Source of the DNA: Candidatus Caccoplasma intestinavium
Lineage (GTDB): Bacteria; Bacteroidota; Bacteroidia; Bacteroidales; UBA11471
NCBI GenBank assembly: GCA_018715885.1
Contig: DVKT01000045.1
Span: 5,526-69,525 of the forward strand
Reading direction: 5' to 3'
Length of the DNA: 64,000 bases
Under the pieces are notes generated by a model. It worked only from the letters and a program-made list of their open reading frames with translations, was not told where the DNA came from and ran no database searches. The position numbers and the translations under genes are program-made. Shown here piece by piece: positions 26,016 through 33,834 of the stretch (positions are counted from its first letter, which is position 1; the number at the start of each line of letters is the position of its first letter).

Positions 26016-27268
26016 TGGAAAGAAAAAAACAGGACCATGCCCCTTCCGGGAGAAAACGGAAGAACGGGGCCTCGCTGGTGCGCCGTGTCATCGAACGGCA
26101 CGAGTCGATAACCCGGAAAGACATCGCCGACTGGAAAAAGGCCCGGATACAGGCTACCAACGATTACGAACCGAGGCAGGTACTTCTGCAAAACCTCTAT
26201 GAGGAAATCATGCTCGACGCACTGATGTCTTCCCAGGTGGGACTGCGTATCGACAAAAGCCAGGGGGTGGACTTTTCGCTGGTGCAAGGGGGAAAAACCG
26301 ACGAGGAACAAACCCGGATACTCAAGGACAGCGGCCTTTTCGACCAGCTGGTCGAGCTGATTGTCGAAAGCAAGTTTTACGGCTGTTCCTTGATCGAGTT
26401 TTCCTATACGCCCGACGGTATCCGCGCCGACCTCGTGCGCCGCCAGAACGTGGCGCCCAAGACGGGACGGTTTTATCCCGACACCTACGGGAGCGAATTC
26501 GTGTCGTACCGGGAAGAACCGGAATTCGGCCGGTGGCTCGTCGAACTATACCCCCGGGAGGGGGATTTGGGGCTGCTCAACAAGGCCGTCCCCTATGTGC
26601 TGATGAAGAAGTTCGCCATGTCGTGCTGGAGCGAGCTGTGCGAAATCTTCGGCATTCCGCCGCGCGTCATGAAAACGAACACGTCCGACCCCGAAATGCT
26701 CTCCCGGGCGGAACAAATGATGAAGGAGATCGGTTCGGCCGCCTACTTCATCATCGATACCGAGGAGAACTTCGATTTTGCACAGGGTGTCGCCACGAAC
26801 GGGGAGGTGTACAAGAATCTCATCGATACCTGCAACCAACAGCTTTCCCTGCTGAACCTCGCCGCTGTGCTGGGGCAGGATACCGTGAACGGGAACCGCT
26901 CGAAGGAGGAAAGTTCCTCCAAATTGCTCGACTCCGTGGTGAAGGCCGATAACCGTTTCATAGAATCCTCTTTCAACAGGATCATACTCCCGGCGCTCGC
27001 CTCCATCGGCGTCCTCAAACCCGGGCTGCGGCTGGTCATCGCCAAGGAGGTCGATGTGGAAAAGCTGTGGAAAATGGTACACGAGGGTTCCCAGTACTAC
27101 GATTTCGACATAGACTGGATACGCGAGACGTTCGGCATCGAGGTTACCGGATTGCGTACCGACACGGCTCCGGCGGTTTCTCCGGCTCCGGGGAATAAAA
27201 AGGACGGAAAAGCGGGCGCTTCCGGAAGTAGGGAAACACGGGAGCTGCCGGATGATTTTTTCTTTTAA
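26015..27268 (+). CDS. Portal protein (Mu gp29/DUF935-like)
   Basis: 417 aa, lying between the terminase and MuF genes. Confidence 0.75.
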   Translation: MERKKQDHAPSGRKRKNGASLVRRVIERHESITRKDIADWKKARIQATNDYEPRQVLLQNLYEEIMLDALMSSQVGLRIDKSQGVDFSLVQGGKTDEEQTRILKDSGLFDQLVELIVESKFYGCSLIEFSYTPDGIRADLVRRQNVAPKTGRFYPDTYGSEFVSYREEPEFGRWLVELYPREGDLGLLNKAVPYVLMKKFAMSCWSELCEIFGIPPRVMKTNTSDPEMLSRAEQMMKEIGSAAYFIIDTEENFDFAQGVATNGEVYKNLIDTCNQQLSLLNLAAVLGQDTVNGNRSKEESSSKLLDSVVKADNRFIESSFNRIILPALASIGVLKPGLRLVIAKEVDVEKLWKMVHEGSQYYDFDIDWIRETFGIEVTGLRTDTAPAVSPAPGNKKDGKAGASGSRETRELPDDFFF

Positions 27269-27285
27269 GGGCTGGCCGGCCAGCC

Positions 27286-28584
27286 TTGAAGTCCACCCTT
27301 GACGACCTCTATTTCAACGGTTCTTTAACGGCGTTGGAAGAGTGTTTGAAAGAGTTCGGGCAGTCGGTGGCGGGAATATTCCCTCTGGCGGACGGGGAGA
27401 TGTTCGGCAGGATCATCGGGGAGATTGCGGACGATTTCGATGCGGCCGTCAACAAACGCCTGCTCGACATATACGCGGGCAACCTGCTCGGAGGCGTCCG
27501 TGGCGTTTTCGGGGATACCGGGTACGGAAGCCGTTATTTCGGCCTTGCAAACCGGCTGGAAGCCAACGCGGCCAGGTTTGCGGCTTACAAGGCTTACCAT
27601 GCTACGGAACAGGTCAAGAGGCAACTGACGGCCCGCGTGTCGAAAGAAGAGGCCCTGAAAAGGGCCGAAGGGGCTTTGAGGGCGTTCAACAGATACCAGG
27701 CCGCGGAATACAACACGGCCGTGGCACGCTGCCGGACGGCCAGGCAATGGACCGACTTCAACCGGGAAGGACATGCGGACATTTTCCCGAATATCCGTTG
27801 GTTGCCGAGCCGGAGCGCCGAAAGACGTCCGCAGCATGTCCCTTACTATAACCGCGTATGGGCGAAGACCGACCCGTTCTGGCTGGAAAACCAGCCCGGC
27901 AACGAATGGAACTGCAAATGTGACTGGGAGGAAACCGCCGATGACGTGGACCACGACGGGGTGAAAGTTACACCCCCGCCGGCGGGCCTCTCCGGAAATC
28001 CCGGCATCACCGGGGAGATCTTCTCGGAAAAGTCGATATATTTTACGGCCAACGGGCACGACCGGGTAGGCAGGGGGATATTGGAACTAGGCGAAGGCGG
28101 TTTCTTCGGCAAAGGGAAAATCGACGCGGCGGAGGTGCTGTCGCACGTGTTGCACGAGTCGGGCGAAATCGCCGGGAACATGGAGGTCGCTACCCTGTTT
28201 TGCCGGCATAACAAGGGGGTAAGGCGTATAAAACTGCTGCCCAATGTGGTAAAAGAGGATGCCGGCCTGAGGCCCCGGTTCTACCCCAAAGGCATGACAC
28301 CGCGCGGGGCGAATAAAAATGCCGATGCCGTCATCGAATGGGACAACGGCGACAAGTGGGTCGTCGACTTCAAGTGCATGCAGGGGAACGGGGCGAAACT
28401 CAAAGAACGCCTGTATGACGCTTACGAGCAGGCCGACTATGCCGTCGTGAAGATATGCGGGGAAATAAAAGAGGTTCAAAAAGTGATCGAAACGGCCGAA
28501 CGGTTCATGAAAGGGCATCATCAATTCAAAGGGTTGATTGTCTATGATAATTCGGACAGGGAAATCTTTCGGATAATAAAATAG
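27286..28584 (+). CDS. MuF-like head morphogenesis protein with a C-terminal PD-(D/E)xK-like extension
   Basis: TTG start. The MuF core has NEWNCKCDWEE. The C-terminal ~180 aa contains ANKNADAVIEWDNGDKWVVDFKCM (D...DxK). Confidence 0.75.
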   Translation: MKSTLDDLYFNGSLTALEECLKEFGQSVAGIFPLADGEMFGRIIGEIADDFDAAVNKRLLDIYAGNLLGGVRGVFGDTGYGSRYFGLANRLEANAARFAAYKAYHATEQVKRQLTARVSKEEALKRAEGALRAFNRYQAAEYNTAVARCRTARQWTDFNREGHADIFPNIRWLPSRSAERRPQHVPYYNRVWAKTDPFWLENQPGNEWNCKCDWEETADDVDHDGVKVTPPPAGLSGNPGITGEIFSEKSIYFTANGHDRVGRGILELGEGGFFGKGKIDAAEVLSHVLHESGEIAGNMEVATLFCRHNKGVRRIKLLPNVVKEDAGLRPRFYPKGMTPRGANKNADAVIEWDNGDKWVVDFKCMQGNGAKLKERLYDAYEQADYAVVKICGEIKEVQKVIETAERFMKGHHQFKGLIVYDNSDREIFRIIK

Positions 28585-28603
28585 GCGGCATGGTTGCCGC
28601 CTA
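28582..28603 (+). terminator. Hairpin just after the MuF stop
   Basis: TAGGCGGCA-TGGT-TGCCGCCTA. Confidence 0.4.
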
Positions 28604-28676
28604 TGAACCCCACTACTGTCCACCCAACGGGTCGCCAAGGATTCTTTGCCAATAGGGTGATTTCCCTATAAACAAA

Positions 28677-28699
28677 CAAAGAGGCGTTCCGCCTCTTTG
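28677..28699 (+). terminator. Second hairpin in the MuF-G intergenic region
   Basis: CAAAGAGGCG-TTC-CGCCTCTTTG. Confidence 0.4.
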
Positions 28700-28781
28700 C
28701 CCAACCCAAGTGTCCCAGCCAGTGGCTCGATCGCGAGTTGTTTTGCAAATATAACGATAATTTCTTACAAACAAACATTTT

Positions 28782-29285
28782 ATGGCAAAAATGACTCCCG
28801 GACAATTCAAAGCGGAAATAGAACGGCTGCAACGCATCTCACCCGACTTTATGGCCCGTATAGCCCCGTTGGTGGCGGCGAATACGGCGGTTGCGGAGTT
28901 TAAAAACAACTTCCGAACCGAGAGCTTCGACGGGGTGAAGTGGAAAGAGGTACAACGCCGGGACGGGCATTCTCCGGCTTACCGGTATGCGGCAAGGCAC
29001 CACCCGGCACGGACGACACGGAACATATTGACCGGCGATACCGGCGACTTGGGCCGTTCCATCGAGGTGAAGGAGGTGGGGGAAGGACGGGCTACCGTAT
29101 GGACTTCCCCGCAGGAATTCGGCAGCAAGGAGCCTTACGGGGCGGTCCATAACGAAGGCTTGAAAGCGGGACGGGGCACCGGATTCATTATGCCCCGCCG
29201 CCGGTTTATGGGAGACACCCCCGGTTTGCGGGAGAAAACCGTGAAAGAGCTCGGGAAAGCATTGGACCGGCTCTTCAAAAAATAA
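28782..29285 (+). CDS. Virion morphogenesis protein (Mu gpG-like)
   Basis: 167 aa, positioned after MuF, with the sequence character of G-family proteins. Confidence 0.55.
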   Translation: MAKMTPGQFKAEIERLQRISPDFMARIAPLVAANTAVAEFKNNFRTESFDGVKWKEVQRRDGHSPAYRYAARHHPARTTRNILTGDTGDLGRSIEVKEVGEGRATVWTSPQEFGSKEPYGAVHNEGLKAGRGTGFIMPRRRFMGDTPGLREKTVKELGKALDRLFKK

Positions 29286-29314
29286 AGGCGGAGTCGATTA
29301 TGACTCCGCCTTTT
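29284..29314. terminator. Bidirectional terminator between convergent phage genes
   Basis: AAAGGCGGAGTC-GATTAT-GACTCCGCCTTTT. Confidence 0.7.
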
Positions 29315-29805
29315 CATTTACTTCCGGGGTATAAGGTTATCTTTATCCCTTCGGGGTGTACGGCCGTCCCTTCTCCGGCATGGCCCGCCGTGAATTGCGT
29401 CGCATAAGAGAGGGCATACACTTCGAACGTGTTGCTGACATGAAGTTTCCGCCAGTTCGTCCGCACCAACGGTGCGAACCCCTTTTCATAATACAGCTGC
29501 AGGGCATCGTGCACACTCTCCATCAGTTCGATGGCGGCATATCCGTCTTCTTTCCGGGGGGCATACAGCGACGTGGGCGTGAGCCGCTGGTCGGCGATGG
29601 TGATCGTTACCGATACGTCCGCCAGTTGTCCGCCTTTGCCGGTTTCACTGAAACCGGCTTGTTCCAGGTCGATGAGCGCACAGGGATATTTCACCGCAGG
29701 CTGCTCGTAGCGTAACTGCCCCCAGTCCTTGTCGATGTATTTCAGCTCCGGCACCGTGGCGAGCCGTTCCTGTATGCTCAACAGCAAATCTTTAAATTGT
29801 CCCAT
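29314..29805 (-). CDS. Hypothetical structural protein (possible tail-terminator, Mu gp37/DUF1834-like)
   Basis: 163 aa. A gp37-type gene is missing from the capsid-sheath interval, and this protein's N-terminal pattern resembles DUF1834. The assignment is weak. Confidence 0.35.
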   Translation of the reverse strand: MGQFKDLLLSIQERLATVPELKYIDKDWGQLRYEQPAVKYPCALIDLEQAGFSETGKGGQLADVSVTITIADQRLTPTSLYAPRKEDGYAAIELMESVHDALQLYYEKGFAPLVRTNWRKLHVSNTFEVYALSYATQFTAGHAGEGTAVHPEGIKITLYPGSK

Positions 29806-30046
29806 CGTGATCGTTTTTGTCGAATAGTGATAACTGACCGGGTCTCTCCGGTTGTTCCCGGGTCTCCCGCAAGGGCGTGGCGATGTAACGCAGCAGGGTG
29901 CGGTAACACATCGGGTAAACGGGGTTGACGTACCGTTCCCAGACTTTGAAATAACTTTTGGCGTAATTCCCCGGCTCGTAATGCTGCTGGACGATGTCGC
30001 AGACCAACTTTATCCGCCGGAGGGTGTTTTTACGTCGACCGCCCAT
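29792..30046 (-). CDS. Small basic protein, possible transcription regulator
   Basis: 84 aa, Arg/Lys-rich. It lies at the early/late boundary, preceded by dyad GTTACAA-N9-TTGTAAC. Confidence 0.35.
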   Translation of the reverse strand: MGGRRKNTLRRIKLVCDIVQQHYEPGNYAKSYFKVWERYVNPVYPMCYRTLLRYIATPLRETREQPERPGQLSLFDKNDHDGTI

Positions 30047-30156
30047 TGTTTTTCCCGGATTTTGTTTTACCTTTGTTACAACTTCCCCAAATTGTAACTC
30101 GCTTGCCGGATCCGGTGGGCGGGTTATTTTTTATACCCCGTCTTTACCCGTGTGTT

Positions 30157-30825
30157 TCATGCCTCGGTCATGCCGAGGGGGATCTGTTTCCATGCGCCGC
30201 TCTTTTCGTCTTTGTATTCGGCGTAAATGTAGGTTTTCGACAATTGGGGGATATAGGCCTCTTCTATGATGGTGATCCCTTCGTTCAGCCGTTCGTCGTT
30301 CAACTCGTTCGCCAGCTTGCGCAGTTGCAGGGCCTTGTTGGCTTTCAGGTTCCCTGCGGCGTCCCGGGAGAGTAACCGCATCATTTGGTTGACGAGCGCC
30401 CGCGTGGTGTCGTCTTTGATGAGCGAGAGGCACGCTTCTTTGACAATGGCGACGCCGTCGTTTACGGTGTCTTTCCAACCGTCGCACTGGTGGCGGCCGA
30501 TGATGATGCGGCGGGTACCGTCGGAAGTGGTGAAGGTATGGGACTTCTGGTCTTCTTTTACCCGGCGCAGGACATCGGCTTTCATCTGCAATATGGCGGA
30601 AAACCGTTCGAGGATTTCTCCCTTGACGGCCGAAATCGTTCCGCTCAGCTCTTTGAGCCGGGGAAGGGCGGCGGTTACTTCTTCATCGACCAGCTGGCCG
30701 TAGGCAGCACGGTCGCGTTTGGCTTGTTCCTTTGCCGTCTTGGCGGCTTTGGCCCGTTGGTAGGCTTCATACTCGGCGAGTTGCGCTTCCGTCATCATGA
30801 CGGCCTGTTTCTTCTCTTCGTTCAT
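30157..30825 (-). CDS. DUF3164-like protein (conserved in transposable phages)
   Basis: 222 aa; both the position and the sequence character fit DUF3164. Confidence 0.5.
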   Translation of the reverse strand: MNEEKKQAVMMTEAQLAEYEAYQRAKAAKTAKEQAKRDRAAYGQLVDEEVTAALPRLKELSGTISAVKGEILERFSAILQMKADVLRRVKEDQKSHTFTTSDGTRRIIIGRHQCDGWKDTVNDGVAIVKEACLSLIKDDTTRALVNQMMRLLSRDAAGNLKANKALQLRKLANELNDERLNEGITIIEEAYIPQLSKTYIYAEYKDEKSGAWKQIPLGMTEA

Positions 30826-30837
30826 GGTTGTATGTTT

Positions 30838-31038
30838 TTAATCGTTATCGAAATGTTGGTAAAAATCCATGTCATCGGCTCCGGGTTCGTCGTCGATGAG
30901 CATCGCTTCGCTGTTGGCATAGGCCCAGTCGGCCAGTTCGCCGAGGAATTGTGCAGCTTCGGTCCGCTCCATCTCCGAAGTCTGCAACGCCAGTTCTTTC
31001 TTCACCCGTTCAAGGGCGGATTCGTTTTTCTTTTCCAT
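30838..31038 (-). CDS. Small highly acidic protein
   Basis: 66 aa with the C-terminus IDDEPGADDMDFYQHFDND. Confidence 0.45.
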   Translation of the reverse strand: MEKKNESALERVKKELALQTSEMERTEAAQFLGELADWAYANSEAMLIDDEPGADDMDFYQHFDND

Positions 31039-31042
31039 AATT

Positions 31043-31288
31043 TTATTGTTTTGAAGGTTTCCATTCTATGGTAACGACGGCTTCGAGTTCTCCACTGCCC
31101 CCGCATACGGGACAATCCTTGTGTATAGGCTCTCCTATCTCGTTCTCGCCCCATATCCAACCGTTGCCCTTGCAACAGCTGCATACATGCCCGGGGCTGC
31201 AAAATACTTCCAGCGCGGCCTCGTCCGGTTTCCGGACAGTGAGGTATGGCGGTGCCACCAATTCGATGATGTTCTTTCTTGTGCTCAT
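31043..31288 (-). CDS. DnaJ-type zinc-finger small protein
   Basis: Two CxxCxGxG motifs: CSCCKGNGW and CPVCGGSGE. Confidence 0.6.
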   Translation of the reverse strand: MSTRKNIIELVAPPYLTVRKPDEAALEVFCSPGHVCSCCKGNGWIWGENEIGEPIHKDCPVCGGSGELEAVVTIEWKPSKQ

Positions 31289-31291
31289 GTT

Positions 31292-31477
31292 TTAATCGGT
31301 TATTACAAATTGTACATAAAAATCAAATTCATCTGTCAGTCGCTTTATCTGTATCACGCCCATTGGGTTCCCGCCACAAGGGTACTCTATGATACGGCGC
31401 TTGGTAATGCACCTGACTCCTTTCTTCCGGAGACGGTACAGGAGGTTTGCCCGCCTTTTTGCCTCTTTCTTGTTCAT
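31292..31477 (-). CDS. Small basic hypothetical protein
   Basis: 61-aa ORF, tightly packed in the early operon. Confidence 0.4.
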   Translation of the reverse strand: MNKKEAKRRANLLYRLRKKGVRCITKRRIIEYPCGGNPMGVIQIKRLTDEFDFYVQFVITD

Positions 31478-31488
31478 TGCTCCGAATA

Positions 31489-31962
31489 TTAATTCAGCAT
31501 GACGGACTGTTTTTTCCGTTCACCTGTATAATTCCGAGAAATGCACTCCATCGTGATGCGTTCCACTGCATCGATGTCTTTTTGTTTATTTCGGAACGTG
31601 TTGTACAGGTTGCGTAGGCGTTCGGCAGGAATTTTGTTGAATGTCGTGTATCCTGTCGCCCGGCATGCAATGCCCTTGATGATTTCGGCGTTTCCATCAC
31701 GGTTAATCTTGCGCAGGTAGCCACCAATCGCCGCCATTACTTGCTTGCGTAATTTGTCCATCGTGTCGTTTTTCCCACCCTCCAATTGCATGGAAAGGGT
31801 GGCACAGACATTGATGAGGTCGTGCGTGTCGATGTCGGTACTGCTCTCTACCCCGAAACTTTCGACGATAGCCCGTTTCTCTGCCGCAGTAAGTCCTAAG
31901 CGGGAGCAAAGGGTATGGAACTTACGGAGTACCCCGTTGTGTATTTTGTCCATTGTGCACAT
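31489..31962 (-). CDS. GemA/Mu gp16-like regulatory protein (DUF1018-like)
   Basis: LRKFHTLCSRLGLTAAEKRAIVESFGVESSTDI matches the gp16-family N-terminal pattern. Confidence 0.55.
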   Translation of the reverse strand: MCTMDKIHNGVLRKFHTLCSRLGLTAAEKRAIVESFGVESSTDIDTHDLINVCATLSMQLEGGKNDTMDKLRKQVMAAIGGYLRKINRDGNAEIIKGIACRATGYTTFNKIPAERLRNLYNTFRNKQKDIDAVERITMECISRNYTGERKKQSVMLN

Positions 31963-31974
31963 ACTTTTATGTTA

Positions 31975-32598
31975 TTAAAGTTTATCGATCCAGTATTCAT
32001 TAGCCCCCTGTTCCCATATGACGAAATCTTCTCCACCGCCAAAACGGGAGGAGATGAATGCTTTGTACCCCTCGACCCGTATCTTCACCTCGGAGAGCTT
32101 GCGGACATGTTGTGCGACGGCAGGATATGGCTTGTTGTTTTCCTCGTGCGCAATGAAGATGAACAGTTTTTCGGGGAACTCGTTTATCAACCCCATGAAC
32201 GTTGCCCGGGTGAATCCTACCAAAGCCGTTATCGAATCGATGACTACCACATCGGGGCTTTTTCGTTTCCGAAGGCGTTCGCTCAATTCTTCAACGGGTT
32301 CTTTTGCCAACACGATGACCCGGCGGCCGGCTTCCTGCATGGCGGCATCTTTCCATGCGTTCTGGAAAGAGAGCGAAAGTCCTTGCTCCAATGTGTCGTA
32401 TGCCGCACGGTCGACGAAACCGGAGAGGTATTTGAGCAGTTGCAGGGCAAAGTGCGTTTTACCGCTACCGCTTTCGCCGTAGATGATCCATGCGCCGCGC
32501 AATTCGGGTCTGCCGAACGACTCGAGCCACCTGCCGGAAAAGTCCGCCACCTCAAACCGGGCATCGAGGACGTTTTTATTGCTGATCGCCTTTGCCAT
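31975..32598 (-). CDS. RecA-fold P-loop ATPase (AAA_24/Sak4-like core)
   Basis: Walker A is GESGSGKT and Walker B is VVVIDSITAL; 207 aa. Confidence 0.6.
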   Translation of the reverse strand: MAKAISNKNVLDARFEVADFSGRWLESFGRPELRGAWIIYGESGSGKTHFALQLLKYLSGFVDRAAYDTLEQGLSLSFQNAWKDAAMQEAGRRVIVLAKEPVEELSERLRKRKSPDVVVIDSITALVGFTRATFMGLINEFPEKLFIFIAHEENNKPYPAVAQHVRKLSEVKIRVEGYKAFISSRFGGGEDFVIWEQGANEYWIDKL

Positions 32599-32604
32599 GT
32601 GTTA

Positions 32605-32952
32605 CTAATCTTCCGAGGTTTTAATTTTTTGTCCTAATTTGATGATGAAAACATCGTGATCCGGTGTACCCCATTCGGGCTTGCCTTTGCCTATCGTTAT
32701 ACTCTCAATCTCGAATATCATAACCTTTGAGGTGTAGCCCCTGCGAAAGCGGACATTTGTAAATCGTTCGCAACGAGCAATACATTCCCGAACTTGCTTG
32801 CACATCCTCCCAGCACCGCATCCGAAATTCGGCTGACACATGAGACGGTTCTCCCAATATGTTTTTATCTCGCGGTACTCCTCACGTTTCTCGCCGGAGG
32901 TAATCATGTCGTACCACTTGCTTTTTAATACGAGGTCGAGTGTTTTTTTCAT
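32605..32952 (-). CDS. ASCH-domain-like protein
   Basis: LKSKWYDMITSGEKREEYREIKTYW is a typical ASCH N-terminus. Confidence 0.55.
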   Translation of the reverse strand: MKKTLDLVLKSKWYDMITSGEKREEYREIKTYWENRLMCQPNFGCGAGRMCKQVRECIARCERFTNVRFRRGYTSKVMIFEIESITIGKGKPEWGTPDHDVFIIKLGQKIKTSED

Positions 32953-32963
32953 TTGAACGCTGT

Positions 32964-33818
32964 TTATTTGGTGGTTGAACGCCGCTTGATCGCATGAATT
33001 TTGCGCTTTACGCGACGCAGGTCATTGTCGCAGTCGTCGATTATCTCGTTGATAGCCGCCGGATCGCTTACCCCGTTGGCGATGCACACGGCGGCGACAT
33101 CCTCGCCGTTCACAACCTGTATAGGTATGAACTTGCGCCCGACCCGGCTGTAAATCTCCTTATAACCTTTCCTGTTGGTGCGGACACCCTTTTTGATGCG
33201 TTTCTCGAGGTAGTCGGTTGCGCAAAGCATGATGCCTACACGGTCTTCGAGCTTATTGTATAGGCTGATGAAAAAGTAGAGCACTTGGTCGCTCAGCTTG
33301 TCTGCCTCGTCCAGTACCACAAGCGGTGTTTCTTTCTTTTTGAGGGCGATGATGATGTCGGACATCATTTCCGGTACTGTGCTGCCCGTCGAGTCGATGC
33401 CCATGCATTGCAGGAGTTCCACCATGAAATGCTTACGGTTCCAGTATTCGGAACACGAGAGGTTATACACGTTGCGGTTCCGGGAGGCATAGCTCTTGAT
33501 CGCTTCACTCTTGCCGCAACCGGCGTCGCCCGTAACGGCAAACACAAGGGAATTGTCCTGTGCGTCTTGCAAAAGTCCGTACATGCGTTTGTAGCCTCGT
33601 GTCTCCACTACCACCCACGCCCTCGGGTCGTAGCCTATCTGGGAGGCTATTGTACGCCACATCTCGTCGCTGATAAGTTCCCAGTTGTTATTGAGTACTT
33701 GGGAAAGGGTTGCAGCACTGACGCCGCGCATGGAGTTGGCGGCTTTGTTCTGGCCGCCTTTTATGGCGCAGAACTCGGCCAGTTTGCTCCTGATTTGTTC
33801 TTTTTCCGTTGTTTTCAT
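32964..33818 (-). CDS. MuB-like AAA+ transposition ATPase
   Basis: N-terminal HTH-like segment, Walker A GDAGCGKS and Walker B LVVLDEADKL. The gene lies directly downstream of the transposase. Confidence 0.8.
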   Translation of the reverse strand: MKTTEKEQIRSKLAEFCAIKGGQNKAANSMRGVSAATLSQVLNNNWELISDEMWRTIASQIGYDPRAWVVVETRGYKRMYGLLQDAQDNSLVFAVTGDAGCGKSEAIKSYASRNRNVYNLSCSEYWNRKHFMVELLQCMGIDSTGSTVPEMMSDIIIALKKKETPLVVLDEADKLSDQVLYFFISLYNKLEDRVGIMLCATDYLEKRIKKGVRTNRKGYKEIYSRVGRKFIPIQVVNGEDVAAVCIANGVSDPAAINEIIDDCDNDLRRVKRKIHAIKRRSTTK

Positions 33819-33834
33819 GTCTTATCCTTTTTTA

